This document shows positions 19,869 through 28,974 of a stretch of DNA of 35,433 nucleotides, in pieces. Position numbers and translations under genes: made by a program. The notes under the pieces are model-generated. The model was not told the DNA's origin, did no database searches, and saw only the letters and a program-made list of their open reading frames with translations. Location: NCBI GenBank assembly GCA_005878325.1, contig VBMR01000135.1, positions 1 through 35,433 on the forward strand, read 5' to 3'. This DNA comes from Methanobacteriota archaeon. Lineage in GTDB: Archaea > Thermoplasmatota > Thermoplasmata > RBG-16-68-12. The stretch's first letter is position 1; each line of letters starts with the position of its first letter.

Positions 19869-20606
19869 ATGAAGGTCCGTGGGGACGTCCCGGAATTCGC
19901 TTGGCCGGCACATTTCGTGTACACATACGCCGCGAAGGCCCTCGCCTGGCTGCTCGACGGCCACGCGTTCTTCCGGGAGGCCCTCTTGCGCCGCTGGCCA
20001 GGGTTTGTCCACCGGTCGCTCCTTCTAACGGAACGGATCGTCGAAATCCCGTTCGCCCTCCGAGCACTCGATCTGCCGCGGGGGAGCCGGGTCCTCGACC
20101 TCGGCGCAAAGGCTTCCCCCTTGCCCCTGTTCCTCAGCGCCCAAGGTCTGCGCGTCGTCGCCGTCGACCTCTCGCCCTTTCCCATCCAAGGGGCAGGACC
20201 CGATTTCGTGCTTGCCGACATGCGGAGCCCGCCGTTTCGATCGGACGCGTTTGACGCGGCCGCGATCGTCAGCACCCTGGAGCATGTGGGCGTGGGCTTC
20301 TACGACTGAAAGGTCGACCCCGAGGACGACCTTGCCCTGATGGACCGACTCCGCGCGCTCGTGCGCCCCGAGGGTCGAGTCGTCCTGACGGTCCCCTACG
20401 GCCGACCCGAGGCCGATCGACTCCAGCGGGTCTATGACCACGCCCGGTTGCGCCTCGCGACCTCGGGATGGACAATCGAACGGGAGGCGTATGCGATCCG
20501 GGAGGGCCGGACTTGGCGTCACGCCACGGAGGCGGAGGCGGCGCAAAATCGGTCGGTTCCGGAAACCCGGGCCGTCGCGATGCTCGTCCTCCGCCCGTCC
20601 GGTTGA
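19869..20606 (+). pseudogene. Class I SAM-dependent methyltransferase interrupted by in-frame TGA at 20307-20309
   Basis: ERIVEIPF, VLDLGA, STLEHVGVGFYD*KVDPEDDLALMDRLRALVRPEGRVVLTVPYG; both halves are in the same frame. Confidence 0.75.
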
Positions 20607-20610
20607 TCCT

Positions 20611-21720
20611 ATGAAGGTCGCCGTCCTCTACGACTCTCTACAGACCATCGGAGGCGGGGAACGGGTTGCGCTCACGCTCGCGAAGCATCTTCCCGCGGAC
20701 CTGGTGACGACGGCGCCCAATCGCGACCTTCCGGAACGCGCCGGATTCCCCGGGGTGGACATCGTCGACCTCGGGGGACTCATCCGGCAACCCCCGCTCA
20801 AGCAAATCGATGCGTCGTGGAAATTCGCCCGCGCTCGCCTGGACGGGTACGACGTCTACGTCATGATTGGGAACTGGGCCCATTACGCGGCGAGGCGCCA
20901 CCACCCGAACGTCTACTATTGCCTCACGCCCACTCGAAGCTTTCACGACCAGCGGGCGGCAATGTTGGCGCGCCTCGGAGTCCCGAACCGCTGGGTCGCC
21001 CGGGCCTGGACGGCCGGCCACTCCCGGTTCGAGCGCCGGTCCATCGCCCATTGCGACGAAGTGGTGTCCATCAGTGAAACCATCCGCGACCGGGTGCGGC
21101 GATACTTCGGTCGGGAATCCACCGTCGTCTACCCGCCCGTCCGGACCTCCCTGCATCACTTCGAGGGGGTGGGAGACTTCTGGCTCTCCGTGAGCCGCAT
21201 GTATCCGGAGAAACGGATCGAACTCCAGCTCGAGGTTTTCCGCCGGCTTCCCGACGAGAAACTCGTGATCGCCGGAGGCTACTCGGCGGGGGATTGGGGA
21301 GAGCGGTATCTCTCGCGCCTTCGCCCTCCTCCGAACGTGACCTTCCTCGGCGAGGTGCCGGAGGCGCGCCTCCTGGACCTGTTCTCCCGGTGCCGGGGCT
21401 TCATCACCACGGCTGTCGACGAGGACTTCGGCATCACTCCGGTCGAGGCGATGGCCGCGGGGAAGTGCGTCCTTGCCACGGACGAAGGAGGATACCGGGA
21501 GACGGTCCTCGACGGGAAGACGGGATTCCTCCTCCCTCCGGAGGCCGACGCGTTCGCCAAACGGGTCCGGGGACTCGATGATGCGACCCTCCGGGGGATG
21601 CGAGATGCCTGCGCGGCCCGCGCCCGCCGGTTCGACGAGTCCGTTTTCCTCGACCGGATGCGCGCTTTGCTTGCGCAGAGGACGAAAGGAGCGCGGCCAT
21701 CGGAAGAGCGATACGGTTAA
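20611..21720 (+). CDS. Glycosyltransferase family 4
   Basis: MKVAVLYD..GGGERV, VVYPPV, EKRIEL, EDFGITPVEAMAAGKCV. Confidence 0.92.
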   Translation: MKVAVLYDSLQTIGGGERVALTLAKHLPADLVTTAPNRDLPERAGFPGVDIVDLGGLIRQPPLKQIDASWKFARARLDGYDVYVMIGNWAHYAARRHHPNVYYCLTPTRSFHDQRAAMLARLGVPNRWVARAWTAGHSRFERRSIAHCDEVVSISETIRDRVRRYFGRESTVVYPPVRTSLHHFEGVGDFWLSVSRMYPEKRIELQLEVFRRLPDEKLVIAGGYSAGDWGERYLSRLRPPPNVTFLGEVPEARLLDLFSRCRGFITTAVDEDFGITPVEAMAAGKCVLATDEGGYRETVLDGKTGFLLPPEADAFAKRVRGLDDATLRGMRDACAARARRFDESVFLDRMRALLAQRTKGARPSEERYG

Positions 21721-21745
21721 GGGCTGAGGGTGGACTCCGCACGCC

Positions 21746-22726
21746 ATGACCAAGTCGGCACTCGTGACGGGCGCGACGGGCCAAGACGGCTCCTTCCTGA
21801 TGGAGCTGCTCCTGAAGAAGGGATACAGGGTCTACGGTCTCGTCCGACGTCTGAGCGTCCCCAACCTCGGGAACATCGAACATCTCATCGACCGAGTGAC
21901 GCTGATCGACGGAGACCTGATCGACCAGTCCTCGCTCAACTCCGCCGTCAAGGAAGCCGAGCCCGACGAAATCTACAGTCTCGCGGCCCAGTCCTTCGTC
22001 GCAACGTCGTTCGTACAGCCTGTCCTCACCGGGGAGATCACGGGGCTCGGAGTGGTCCGGCTCCTGGAGGCGATGCGAGCCTACGCGGCGGACGCGCGGC
22101 TGTACCAGGCGTCGTCGAGCGAGATGTTTGGGAAGGTGGACCGCGAGCCGCAGGACGAAGGCACGCCATTCCATCCTCGGAGCCCGTACGGGGTGGCCAA
22201 GGTCTACGCGTACTGGGCCTGCGTGAACTACCGAGAAGCCCACGGCCTGTTCGTCTCCAACGGCATCTTGTTCAATCACGAAAGCGAGAGACGCGGTCTC
22301 GAGTTTCTGACGCGGAAGGTGAGCAACGGCGTGGCGAGGATTCACCACGGCCTCGCGAAGACAATCACCCTCGGAAACCTCGATGCGAAGCGGGACTGGG
22401 GCTATGCCCCCGAATTCGTGGACCTGATGTGGCGGATTCTCCAGCACAAGGAGTCGGATGACTTCGTGGGAGCGACGGGCGAGGCGCATTCCGTTCGCGA
22501 GTTTGTGGAAGAGGCGTTCCACGTCGCCGGCATTTCGGACTGGGAGGCCCACGTGAAGATCGACGAGAAGAACTTCCGTCCCTCGGAGATCTACAACCTC
22601 CGTGGCGACCCAGGCAAGGCGAAGCGCGTCCTCGGTTGGCAGGCGAAGACCACGTTCAAGGAACTCGCCAAAATCATGGTTGAAGCGGACATTGAGAACC
22701 TGGAAGGATCTCGCAAGCCGAAGTGA
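21746..22726 (+). CDS. gmd: GDP-mannose 4,6-dehydratase
   Basis: ALVTGATGQDGS, YQASSSEMFG, PRSPYGVAK, LFNHES, LGNLDAKRDWGYA. Confidence 0.97.
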   Translation: MTKSALVTGATGQDGSFLMELLLKKGYRVYGLVRRLSVPNLGNIEHLIDRVTLIDGDLIDQSSLNSAVKEAEPDEIYSLAAQSFVATSFVQPVLTGEITGLGVVRLLEAMRAYAADARLYQASSSEMFGKVDREPQDEGTPFHPRSPYGVAKVYAYWACVNYREAHGLFVSNGILFNHESERRGLEFLTRKVSNGVARIHHGLAKTITLGNLDAKRDWGYAPEFVDLMWRILQHKESDDFVGATGEAHSVREFVEEAFHVAGISDWEAHVKIDEKNFRPSEIYNLRGDPGKAKRVLGWQAKTTFKELAKIMVEADIENLEGSRKPK

Positions 22727-22730
22727 TGGG

Positions 22731-23117
22731 CTACGGCCTCGGGGGAACGGGGAAGCACGCGGTGCAATGGGGGTCGATGTCCCCCAGGCTCTTGTGGTAC
22801 TCGCAGAAACGAGCCGTTAGCATCAGGCCCGAACAAAAACCGTTCACACTCGCGATCTGGTCGGAGAGAGTCATGCCGCTGGCAATCTGCTCGGCGAGCC
22901 CATGCACATAGGACTTAATCTCCGGGAAGAGCCGGAGCATCTCCTGGTCCACACCGCGGCTCTGCGTATTGTAGTGACTCACCGCCGCCTGCGTGATTCC
23001 CATCGCCCGGGCGACGTCGACCTGTTTCATCTTGTGCGATCGAAGGAGTTCGCGGGCCAACCTCGCTCGGATTGTGGGGAGAAGCTTCGCCACCACGAGC
23101 TCTTGGGGTTGAAGCAT
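22731..23117 (-). CDS. Archaeal HTH transcriptional regulator with C-terminal Cys/His cluster
   Basis: PQELVVAKLLPTIRARLARELL..MKQVDVARAMGITQAAVSHY; FC..FCEYH..CTAC; start ATG 23117. Confidence 0.8.
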   Translation of the reverse strand: MLQPQELVVAKLLPTIRARLARELLRSHKMKQVDVARAMGITQAAVSHYNTQSRGVDQEMLRLFPEIKSYVHGLAEQIASGMTLSDQIASVNGFCSGLMLTARFCEYHKSLGDIDPHCTACFPVPPRP

Positions 23118-23145
23118 CCACGGGACCTGGCCCTCGGGGCCAAAA

Positions 23146-23170
23146 TGAATACAGTATAACACGGTATTCA
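23146..23170. promoter_or_regulatory. AT-rich palindromic operator candidate TGAATAC-N11-GTATTCA
   Basis: 7-bp perfect arms ~30-55 nt upstream of the HTH regulator start. Confidence 0.5.
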
Positions 23171-23309
23171 ACCTGACGGTCCATCCGGACAAACCTTAAG
23201 ACACGATGTGCCGGACGGCAGCGGACGCCACGTCGGACCCATAGTGCGCCCACCCGACGACTCATCTAGCGATACGTCCATCAGCCCGCAAACGCCCGCG
23301 GCAACAAAC

Positions 23310-24227
23310 TCAGCCCGACACGAAGGCTCGGGCCATCGTCAGCATGTTTCGCGGACGATCGCGCCACCGGCGGCCAAAGTAGGGCAGCCACTTCGGACCG
23401 TACGAAATGTACTCTGCCACCCGATGGCCTTTCGAGACGAGTTCCGTGTGGAGCGGGTCCCGGACACCCTGAAGCAGGTTGAAGTCGAATCGCGCGGGCC
23501 GCTCCTTCGCGAGTTCGAGGGCCCGCTGAATCATTCGTGGGTCGTGGCTCGCCACCGCAAAATCCCGGGCCCGCGCAAAGAGGATCTCGAGGTTCGAAAG
23601 ATACGCGCGATCGATGTCCGTTCGTGATTCGTAGGCGATGTCGGACGGTTCCTTGTATGCGCCCTTGACGAGGCGAATCCGGACGCCGACCTGCGCCAAC
23701 CGCTCGACATCTTTCAGGGTTCGTTTCAAGTTCGCCTGGAGGCAGATTCCTACCTTGGCATGTCGCTCCAAGAGCCGTTCGCAAATCCAAATCGTGTCGT
23801 CCGTCGTGTCGGCGGTCTCCATGTCGAGCCACAGGACGCGGTCCTGGGCCCTCGCCACATCGAGCACGGGGAAGATTTGCGACAGGGCATAGGCCCTGTC
23901 GATGAGGAGGCCAAACTGCGTGGGCTTGAGGCTCACCGTCCCTCGGATTCCGCTCGATTGCATCGCGTCCAAGAGCCGCAGATACTCCCGCGTCGTCGCC
24001 TCGACTTGCGCTCGATCCAGGAGGCGTTCCCCCAGATGGTTCACGATGGCCTCCATGCCCCGGTCGTTTGCTTGCTTCGCGGCGCGGAGGGCCTCGTCCA
24101 GGGTCTCGCCCGCGACCCACTGATGGGATCGGCCGATGAACGACTCACCCGCCCGCTTCGCGAACGCGAGCAGCTCCGACCAAGTCCGAGGACGGTCGAA
24201 AGCCGTCGGAAGGTGCGTTGGTCGCAT
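23310..24227 (-). CDS. Monofunctional proline dehydrogenase (PutB/ProDH family)
   Basis: WVAGET, SLKPTQFG, WLDME, IRLVKGAYKE, ASHD, YISYG..WLPYFGRR; start ATG 24227. Confidence 0.9.
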   Translation of the reverse strand: MRPTHLPTAFDRPRTWSELLAFAKRAGESFIGRSHQWVAGETLDEALRAAKQANDRGMEAIVNHLGERLLDRAQVEATTREYLRLLDAMQSSGIRGTVSLKPTQFGLLIDRAYALSQIFPVLDVARAQDRVLWLDMETADTTDDTIWICERLLERHAKVGICLQANLKRTLKDVERLAQVGVRIRLVKGAYKEPSDIAYESRTDIDRAYLSNLEILFARARDFAVASHDPRMIQRALELAKERPARFDFNLLQGVRDPLHTELVSKGHRVAEYISYGPKWLPYFGRRWRDRPRNMLTMARAFVSG

Positions 24228-24325
24228 GAGTCCCGGTCCACCCCAAGCGTTTGTACCAACCGCCGCCGTCTGGCTGTTGGTCCGCGGCCGAGGTCCGGGC
24301 GCCATGCTCCTGCGATCCCTGCGCC

Positions 24326-25717
24326 CTATGCGGCGAGGAGGTCGGACCGAATCTCGGGGTCCTTCTCCCACGGGGCCCTCAAAGCGGTCGCGAGGGCGGG
24401 AGGCTCCATCTCCAGGAGTGCCCGGAGCAGCCGGGCCTTCCGGTACCCGTCGGAGGGATCGCCGATGCCTCGGAACGCGGGAACGCTGGTAAGGAAGAAC
24501 TTGGGCGGCATCTCGAGGCCATACAGGCGGGCGTACGTTCGCTCGATCACCGGATGGTACGGCGCGTGGGAGCCGACGACCCACCCACCGAGACCGAGTC
24601 GGAACAGCGCGACCTCATACGCGACAATGTCAGGCATGATCCAATTCCACGCGTCCTCGCCTTCCAGGTCGTGTCGCTGCTGGCAGAACCGGCAGGTGAA
24701 GATCAGGTGGGTGCCGGGCCGCCATTCGACCCGAGTCCGGCGGAAGCACGCCGGGCAATGGACCCAGAAGGCGGAGGCTTGCGAATCCCTCTGGTAAGGT
24801 TCCACCCCCTGTGCGACCTGCTCCTTGGTCACGTCCGCCTTTGTCGCGGTCACGTCGGCGGCGCGCTCCGCCAGCGTGGTCAGCTCCGGGCGAAGCAGGT
24901 CCGTCAGCTCCCTCATCGGGAGGAATACGATCCGGCTCGCCTCGTCGCCGAGCATCCGCTGGAACAAGTCGTGCTGGACCCGGATCAGCCAGTCCCCGAA
25001 GCTCTCCACCGCCGACGCGGCGAGCTTCATCATCTGGAACAAGTCGTCGAGCCGCACGGTAATGGTTTCCTTGGCCTTCGGCAGGACCTTCTGTCCCTCC
25101 TTCTTTTCGTGGGCGAGGTTGTTCTCCACGAATGCCTCGATTTGATCCCGGAGGGCGTCCAGCCCGGAATCAGTAGGTGGAGGAAGCCAGCGGAAGGGGG
25201 TGTTCGCGTGAGCCTTCCCGACCTGCACCTTCGGGGGATGCTTCACGTCGTCCGGCGACCCGCCCTTCAGCGGGGCCCCAAACCGGAGGTTCTCGGGCCG
25301 CATGGCGGGGGAATAGTGGTTCCCGATCAGGTAGAGGGTGAGCGCGTTCGAGTCGCGCATCGCGATGTCGTGGGCCTTCAGGACGAGCCGGACGATGCCC
25401 AAGTGGGGGAGCTGGCCGTCGTGGGCCATTTCGATCAAGAGCGTATTGGGATCCGCGACCGCGTCGAGCATCCTCCGGGTGGGTCCGTCGGCGGGAAGAC
25501 CCAGGCGACCCTTGTAGAACTCTTCCGTGAAGCGCGCAAGATCGCGTCGGCGGTCTTCGAAAGGGAACTTCTTCTGGGCGAGCCGGTGGTAGCCGCGGCA
25601 CATCGTTGCGGCGTCCCGTTCAATGACGAAGGGGTCTTGTCGGCCCCCCGTGGTAGGCGGACGGAGCGGACTCGGAATCGTCGCGATACTTCCCGATACG
25701 GCTTCCAGGCAACCCAA
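24326..25717 (-). CDS. Hypothetical protein with CxxC-x-CxxC Zn ribbon
   Basis: Long ORF with typical codon bias; HCPAC...TCRFC; start uncertain (TTG 25717 or ATG 25603). Confidence 0.7.
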   Translation of the reverse strand: MGCLEAVSGSIATIPSPLRPPTTGGRQDPFVIERDAATMCRGYHRLAQKKFPFEDRRRDLARFTEEFYKGRLGLPADGPTRRMLDAVADPNTLLIEMAHDGQLPHLGIVRLVLKAHDIAMRDSNALTLYLIGNHYSPAMRPENLRFGAPLKGGSPDDVKHPPKVQVGKAHANTPFRWLPPPTDSGLDALRDQIEAFVENNLAHEKKEGQKVLPKAKETITVRLDDLFQMMKLAASAVESFGDWLIRVQHDLFQRMLGDEASRIVFLPMRELTDLLRPELTTLAERAADVTATKADVTKEQVAQGVEPYQRDSQASAFWVHCPACFRRTRVEWRPGTHLIFTCRFCQQRHDLEGEDAWNWIMPDIVAYEVALFRLGLGGWVVGSHAPYHPVIERTYARLYGLEMPPKFFLTSVPAFRGIGDPSDGYRKARLLRALLEMEPPALATALRAPWEKDPEIRSDLLAA

Positions 25718-25829
25718 GTAGTTCCTTAAATTTAGCCGTTGGAATAGGATTGAACCGGCCGGACTATCGGTTATTCGATATGCGGCAGAGTGAAGGATTC
25801 CGCTTCTCAGCCCCTAGCGGGTCGGGACC

Positions 25830-26615
25830 CTAGGTCATGCAACAGCGGGGGCTCTCCCAGAAGTCCAGGCCGAGACGGACCAGCGTGGGATCCGTCGACG
25901 TGATGGCATAGGCATCCCCATCCGTCGTCCGGGACACCGTGAAAACCTGTTGCCCGTCCACGACGAGGAGGACGCAGGAACACACGATCGAACGGACTTC
26001 CGCGACCTTCGCGAGTTCTCGGGGAATCCCAATCTCCGGAACGGCGATCCGGAGGCGAATCCGTCGACGCACGATTCGCATGAGTTCGTCCTCGAGCTGC
26101 CGGAACAGGGGCTCATCGGATGTCAGGAGGACGATGTCCTTCCGGGCGGAAGCAATCAGAGCCTTGGCCCTCGTCACGACATTCGTGAAGCCTTTCACGA
26201 TGTACGCGATCTCGGCCACGGGGGCGACGGTGCCTGCGCGGAGCGGCTCCAACAGAGAGGCCACGCGGACGGTCGCGGCTTTTCGACGCTCATAGTCTGC
26301 CTGGATCAGATGGGACAACCGGAGCTCAACCTCACCCGCGGGGACCACCCGATAGATCTTCGGCTTCCCCGGTTGAACTTCGACCAAGCCCTTCTCGACG
26401 AGTTCCCCGAGGGCGTAGTAGATCTTCGAGTCCGGAATCCCGGTCTTGCCGACGAGGTCCCCCGCCGTTGCCTGCGGCAACCGAACGAGGGCACAAAACG
26501 CGGTGGTGGCGTTACCACTCAAGCCCAACTCCCTCAGGGTCGCTCCGATTCGATCGAGGGAGGGGGCGAACGACTCCTGCAGCAGGGCATTCGCGCGGAC
26601 CTTCGCTCCCGACAA
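25830..26615 (-). CDS. TrmB-family transcriptional regulator with CxC and C-terminal CC motifs
   Basis: LRELGLS...ATAGDLVGKTGIPDSKIYYALGELVEKGLVEVQPGKPKIYR; effector domain with IVCSCV and PRCCMT. Confidence 0.88.
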   Translation of the reverse strand: MSGAKVRANALLQESFAPSLDRIGATLRELGLSGNATTAFCALVRLPQATAGDLVGKTGIPDSKIYYALGELVEKGLVEVQPGKPKIYRVVPAGEVELRLSHLIQADYERRKAATVRVASLLEPLRAGTVAPVAEIAYIVKGFTNVVTRAKALIASARKDIVLLTSDEPLFRQLEDELMRIVRRRIRLRIAVPEIGIPRELAKVAEVRSIVCSCVLLVVDGQQVFTVSRTTDGDAYAITSTDPTLVRLGLDFWESPRCCMT

Positions 26616-26637
26616 CTGGGAGAGGGAGGAAGGCAGC

Positions 26638-26671
26638 CTATTTGAACTTGTCTCCTACTTCATGGAAGTAG
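26638..26671. promoter_or_regulatory. Divergent promoter (TATA-like TATTTGAA/TTCAAATA) plus palindrome CTACTTC-ATG-GAAGTAG
   Basis: AT-rich box ~25-30 nt from both divergent start codons; perfect 7-3-7 inverted repeat at 26655-26671 between the box and ATG 26677. Confidence 0.6.
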
Positions 26672-26676
26672 ATAAC

Positions 26677-26796
26677 ATGGATCCGTCCCAAGCGTCGGAC
26701 CGACCGCGGGAGCAGACGCCGCCGACCTCAGCGGACCGCGGTGCCTGCAACGCGTGTTGCGCGTCCTCCTGCTGCGCCTGTTGCTGCTGCGGTTAG
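26677..26796 (+). CDS. 39-aa cysteine-rich peptide (metallothionein-like)
   Basis: MDPSQASDRPREQTPPTSADRGACNACCASSCCACCCCG*; 9 Cys in the last 16 residues; promoter-like box upstream, hairpin downstream; alternative in-frame ATG at 26662. Confidence 0.65.
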   Translation: MDPSQASDRPREQTPPTSADRGACNACCASSCCACCCCG

Positions 26797-26815
26797 AGGA
26801 CCAACTTCCTTCCTA

Positions 26816-26848
26816 GGAGGCGCCCGCGGAGCGCCTCCCCTCTTTCTC
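26816..26848 (+). terminator. GC hairpin plus pyrimidine tract
   Basis: GGAGGCGC-N7-GCGCCTCC followed by CCTCTTTCTC, ~20 nt after the peptide stop. Confidence 0.5.
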
Positions 26849-26903
26849 AGTCTCGTTTCGGCCGAGAAGCTCAAGTGGAGCGGCAACCCTGCGTGGCCGG
26901 CAT

Positions 26904-27365
26904 ATGGCGACGAATCCCCCTCGGACCGCCTGCTACTTCGACGGCGCATGTCCGCGGAACCAATTCGGGACGAAGGGTCCGATGAAGGCGGCGTACGTCG
27001 TGGATGGCGTCGGAACGGTCCGCGACGTGGACGACCTTGAGACGTCCACCGGACGAATTCGAAGCAACAACGTCGCAGAGTACCAGGCGTTGATCCTCCT
27101 GCTCGACCACCTGCGCAAGAGGGACCAGGCGCTCGCCGCCCGCGGGCGATATCGGATACACGGCGACTCTCAACTCGTCGTCCGCCAGATGGTTGGCGAG
27201 TATCGGGTGACGCAACTGCACCTGCAGATGCTTCATGCAAAGGCGACGGATCTCGCCGCCGTCCTCGACGTCGAATTCCGATGGATCCCCCGGGGCGAGA
27301 ACCCGGCGGGACGCCTGCTCGAAACGAAAAATCGGCGCGACAAGAAAGCCACCAGGGAGAATTGA
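26904..27365 (+). CDS. rnhA: Ribonuclease HI family protein
   Basis: YFDGA, SNNVAEYQAL, GDSQLVVRQM.GEY.V, WIPRGEN; last 18-19 nt overlap the convergent tRNA. Confidence 0.85.
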   Translation: MATNPPRTACYFDGACPRNQFGTKGPMKAAYVVDGVGTVRDVDDLETSTGRIRSNNVAEYQALILLLDHLRKRDQALAARGRYRIHGDSQLVVRQMVGEYRVTQLHLQMLHAKATDLAAVLDVEFRWIPRGENPAGRLLETKNRRDKKATREN

Positions 27366-27419
27366 ACTCCCGACCTGCCGCTTACAAGGCGGCTGCTCTA
27401 CCGACTGAGCTATGGTGGC
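27347..27419 (-). tRNA. tRNA-Thr(UGU), intronless, CCA not encoded
   Basis: GCCACCA TAGCTCAGTCGGTAGAGCA GCCGC CT-TGT-AA GCGGC AGGTC GGGAG TTCAATT CTCCC TGGTGGC T. Confidence 0.95.
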
Positions 27420-27549
27420 GTGGCGAGTCCATGGACCGTTGTACTAAAATGGTTTCCTCGCTTTGGACACCGGGAGTCAACACGAAAAGTCTCATTTTCG
27501 GAAATCAAGGAAAAGGCTTTATTCGAGCCACCCGGCCTCGGCAGCCCGC

Positions 27550-28929
27550 GTGAGCGGTCTCCCGTGTCCAAACTGCGGTAGCGAGTTGGCGCTCCTCGCG
27601 CAATACCAACGGCACTATTGCTATGCTTGCGGGAAATACGCGCCGGAAGGCTTCGGAGACCGAGGCGCGAAACGATGCCCGACCTGCACAGGCATCCTGT
27701 CCTACGTCGTCCAGTATGATCGGTACTATTGCTACCGTTGCAACGCCTACCCACCCGAGGGCGCGTTCATGGAGTCGCCGACTCCGACCGGTTCACAGAC
27801 GGCCGCGGAACCGGCGACCAGTTCGACGGCCCTGGTCGTCCTCGAACCCGCGAGCTCACAGGAGCCGGCCGCCAGCATGGCCTCGGTCGAATCGCCGCAT
27901 TCCGGCGGGCAAGCCGTAGAAGAGGAGATCCGACCGGAGGGGACCGGACCGCAGAAATCGAAACGCCCGCTGGACCGGGAGGAAATCACGACGGCAAAGA
28001 AGCCGCTCCTGATGGCATTGTGCAGAGACTACGATCTCGACGCCGATGGCACTCGGGAGGAACTCCGCCAGCGATTACTGAGCTACCTCGATCAGCTCGA
28101 AGGACCGAGTTCGTCAGAGGCTCCGGTCGAGACATCTGCGACGGAGGAGCAACCGTTTTCGGAAGAGACCGAGTCGCAGACGGTCGCGTCTGCCTCTTCG
28201 GAGGAAGAGGGGGTCCGTGAGGGGCCAGTCGAACGGGCTGAGCCAGAGGTCGTCGAATTACCGGAGGAAGGACACCCGTCAGGCCCGTCAACTTCGACGA
28301 GCACCTCCACGGTCGAAACACACCCCATGGAGCCGATGCGCGAGACGTTCGACCAACCCGCGATCCCCGCAACTCCTTCCCGCGAGCCGACCCCAATCGA
28401 AGTCCCGGTCCACCCCACGGCGAGGGTGGAGCATCCATGTCCGACATGCAGTCGGGCCCTCACATTCATCCAACGATATGACCGCTGGTACTGCTATTCG
28501 TGTCGCGCCTACGCGCCGCGCACGAAAGCGAAATTCGCGTGTCCGAACTGCGGCGCATCCCTCCGATGGATCATGCAGTATAGCCGGTGGTGGTGCGACG
28601 CCTGTCGTCGATACGCCCCGGCGGACCTGCCGAAGCCCGAGCAAGCCGCGGTCCAGACGGCTCCGGCCCAAGCTGTCACCCCACGAACGTTCGCGGGGAC
28701 GGCGGCCGTGCATCGCCACCAAAGCCCCGGAAGCGGGATCGGCCTGGTCACCTTCGGATTGCTCTTGTTCGTTATGTACGAGGTCCTCGTCGATCTGCCG
28801 ATCGTCCTGTCCGTGAATACGGGACTCGATGTCGCGCCGGACGTCGCCTTCGGCCTCCGCTTCTTCGCGTTCCTTTTCGTCGCGATTGGCGCGATTCTGG
28901 GCTTGACAGCGATTCGGGACCGGCGCTGA
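27550..28929 (+). CDS. Membrane-anchored protein with four Zn ribbons and a SAP-like motif
   Basis: Four CPxC..L..I/VxQ/RYxR(W/Y/H)YCxxC repeats in two pairs; KKPLLMALCRDYDLDADGTREELRQRL; acidic/Pro linker; two C-terminal TM helices; GTG 27550 ~30 nt after GGCTTTATT. Confidence 0.8.
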   Translation: MSGLPCPNCGSELALLAQYQRHYCYACGKYAPEGFGDRGAKRCPTCTGILSYVVQYDRYYCYRCNAYPPEGAFMESPTPTGSQTAAEPATSSTALVVLEPASSQEPAASMASVESPHSGGQAVEEEIRPEGTGPQKSKRPLDREEITTAKKPLLMALCRDYDLDADGTREELRQRLLSYLDQLEGPSSSEAPVETSATEEQPFSEETESQTVASASSEEEGVREGPVERAEPEVVELPEEGHPSGPSTSTSTSTVETHPMEPMRETFDQPAIPATPSREPTPIEVPVHPTARVEHPCPTCSRALTFIQRYDRWYCYSCRAYAPRTKAKFACPNCGASLRWIMQYSRWWCDACRRYAPADLPKPEQAAVQTAPAQAVTPRTFAGTAAVHRHQSPGSGIGLVTFGLLLFVMYEVLVDLPIVLSVNTGLDVAPDVAFGLRFFAFLFVAIGAILGLTAIRDRR

Positions 28930-28974
28930 GCCCCCAAAGGTTCTTCCCTCTCCGGGCGTTCGACGCGCCCTTCC

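Noticed and set aside
23205..23300. Nested stems (GGACG/CGTCC, CGTCGG/CCGACG) as possible ncRNA
   Set aside because: Short GC stems expected by chance; no family motif recognised
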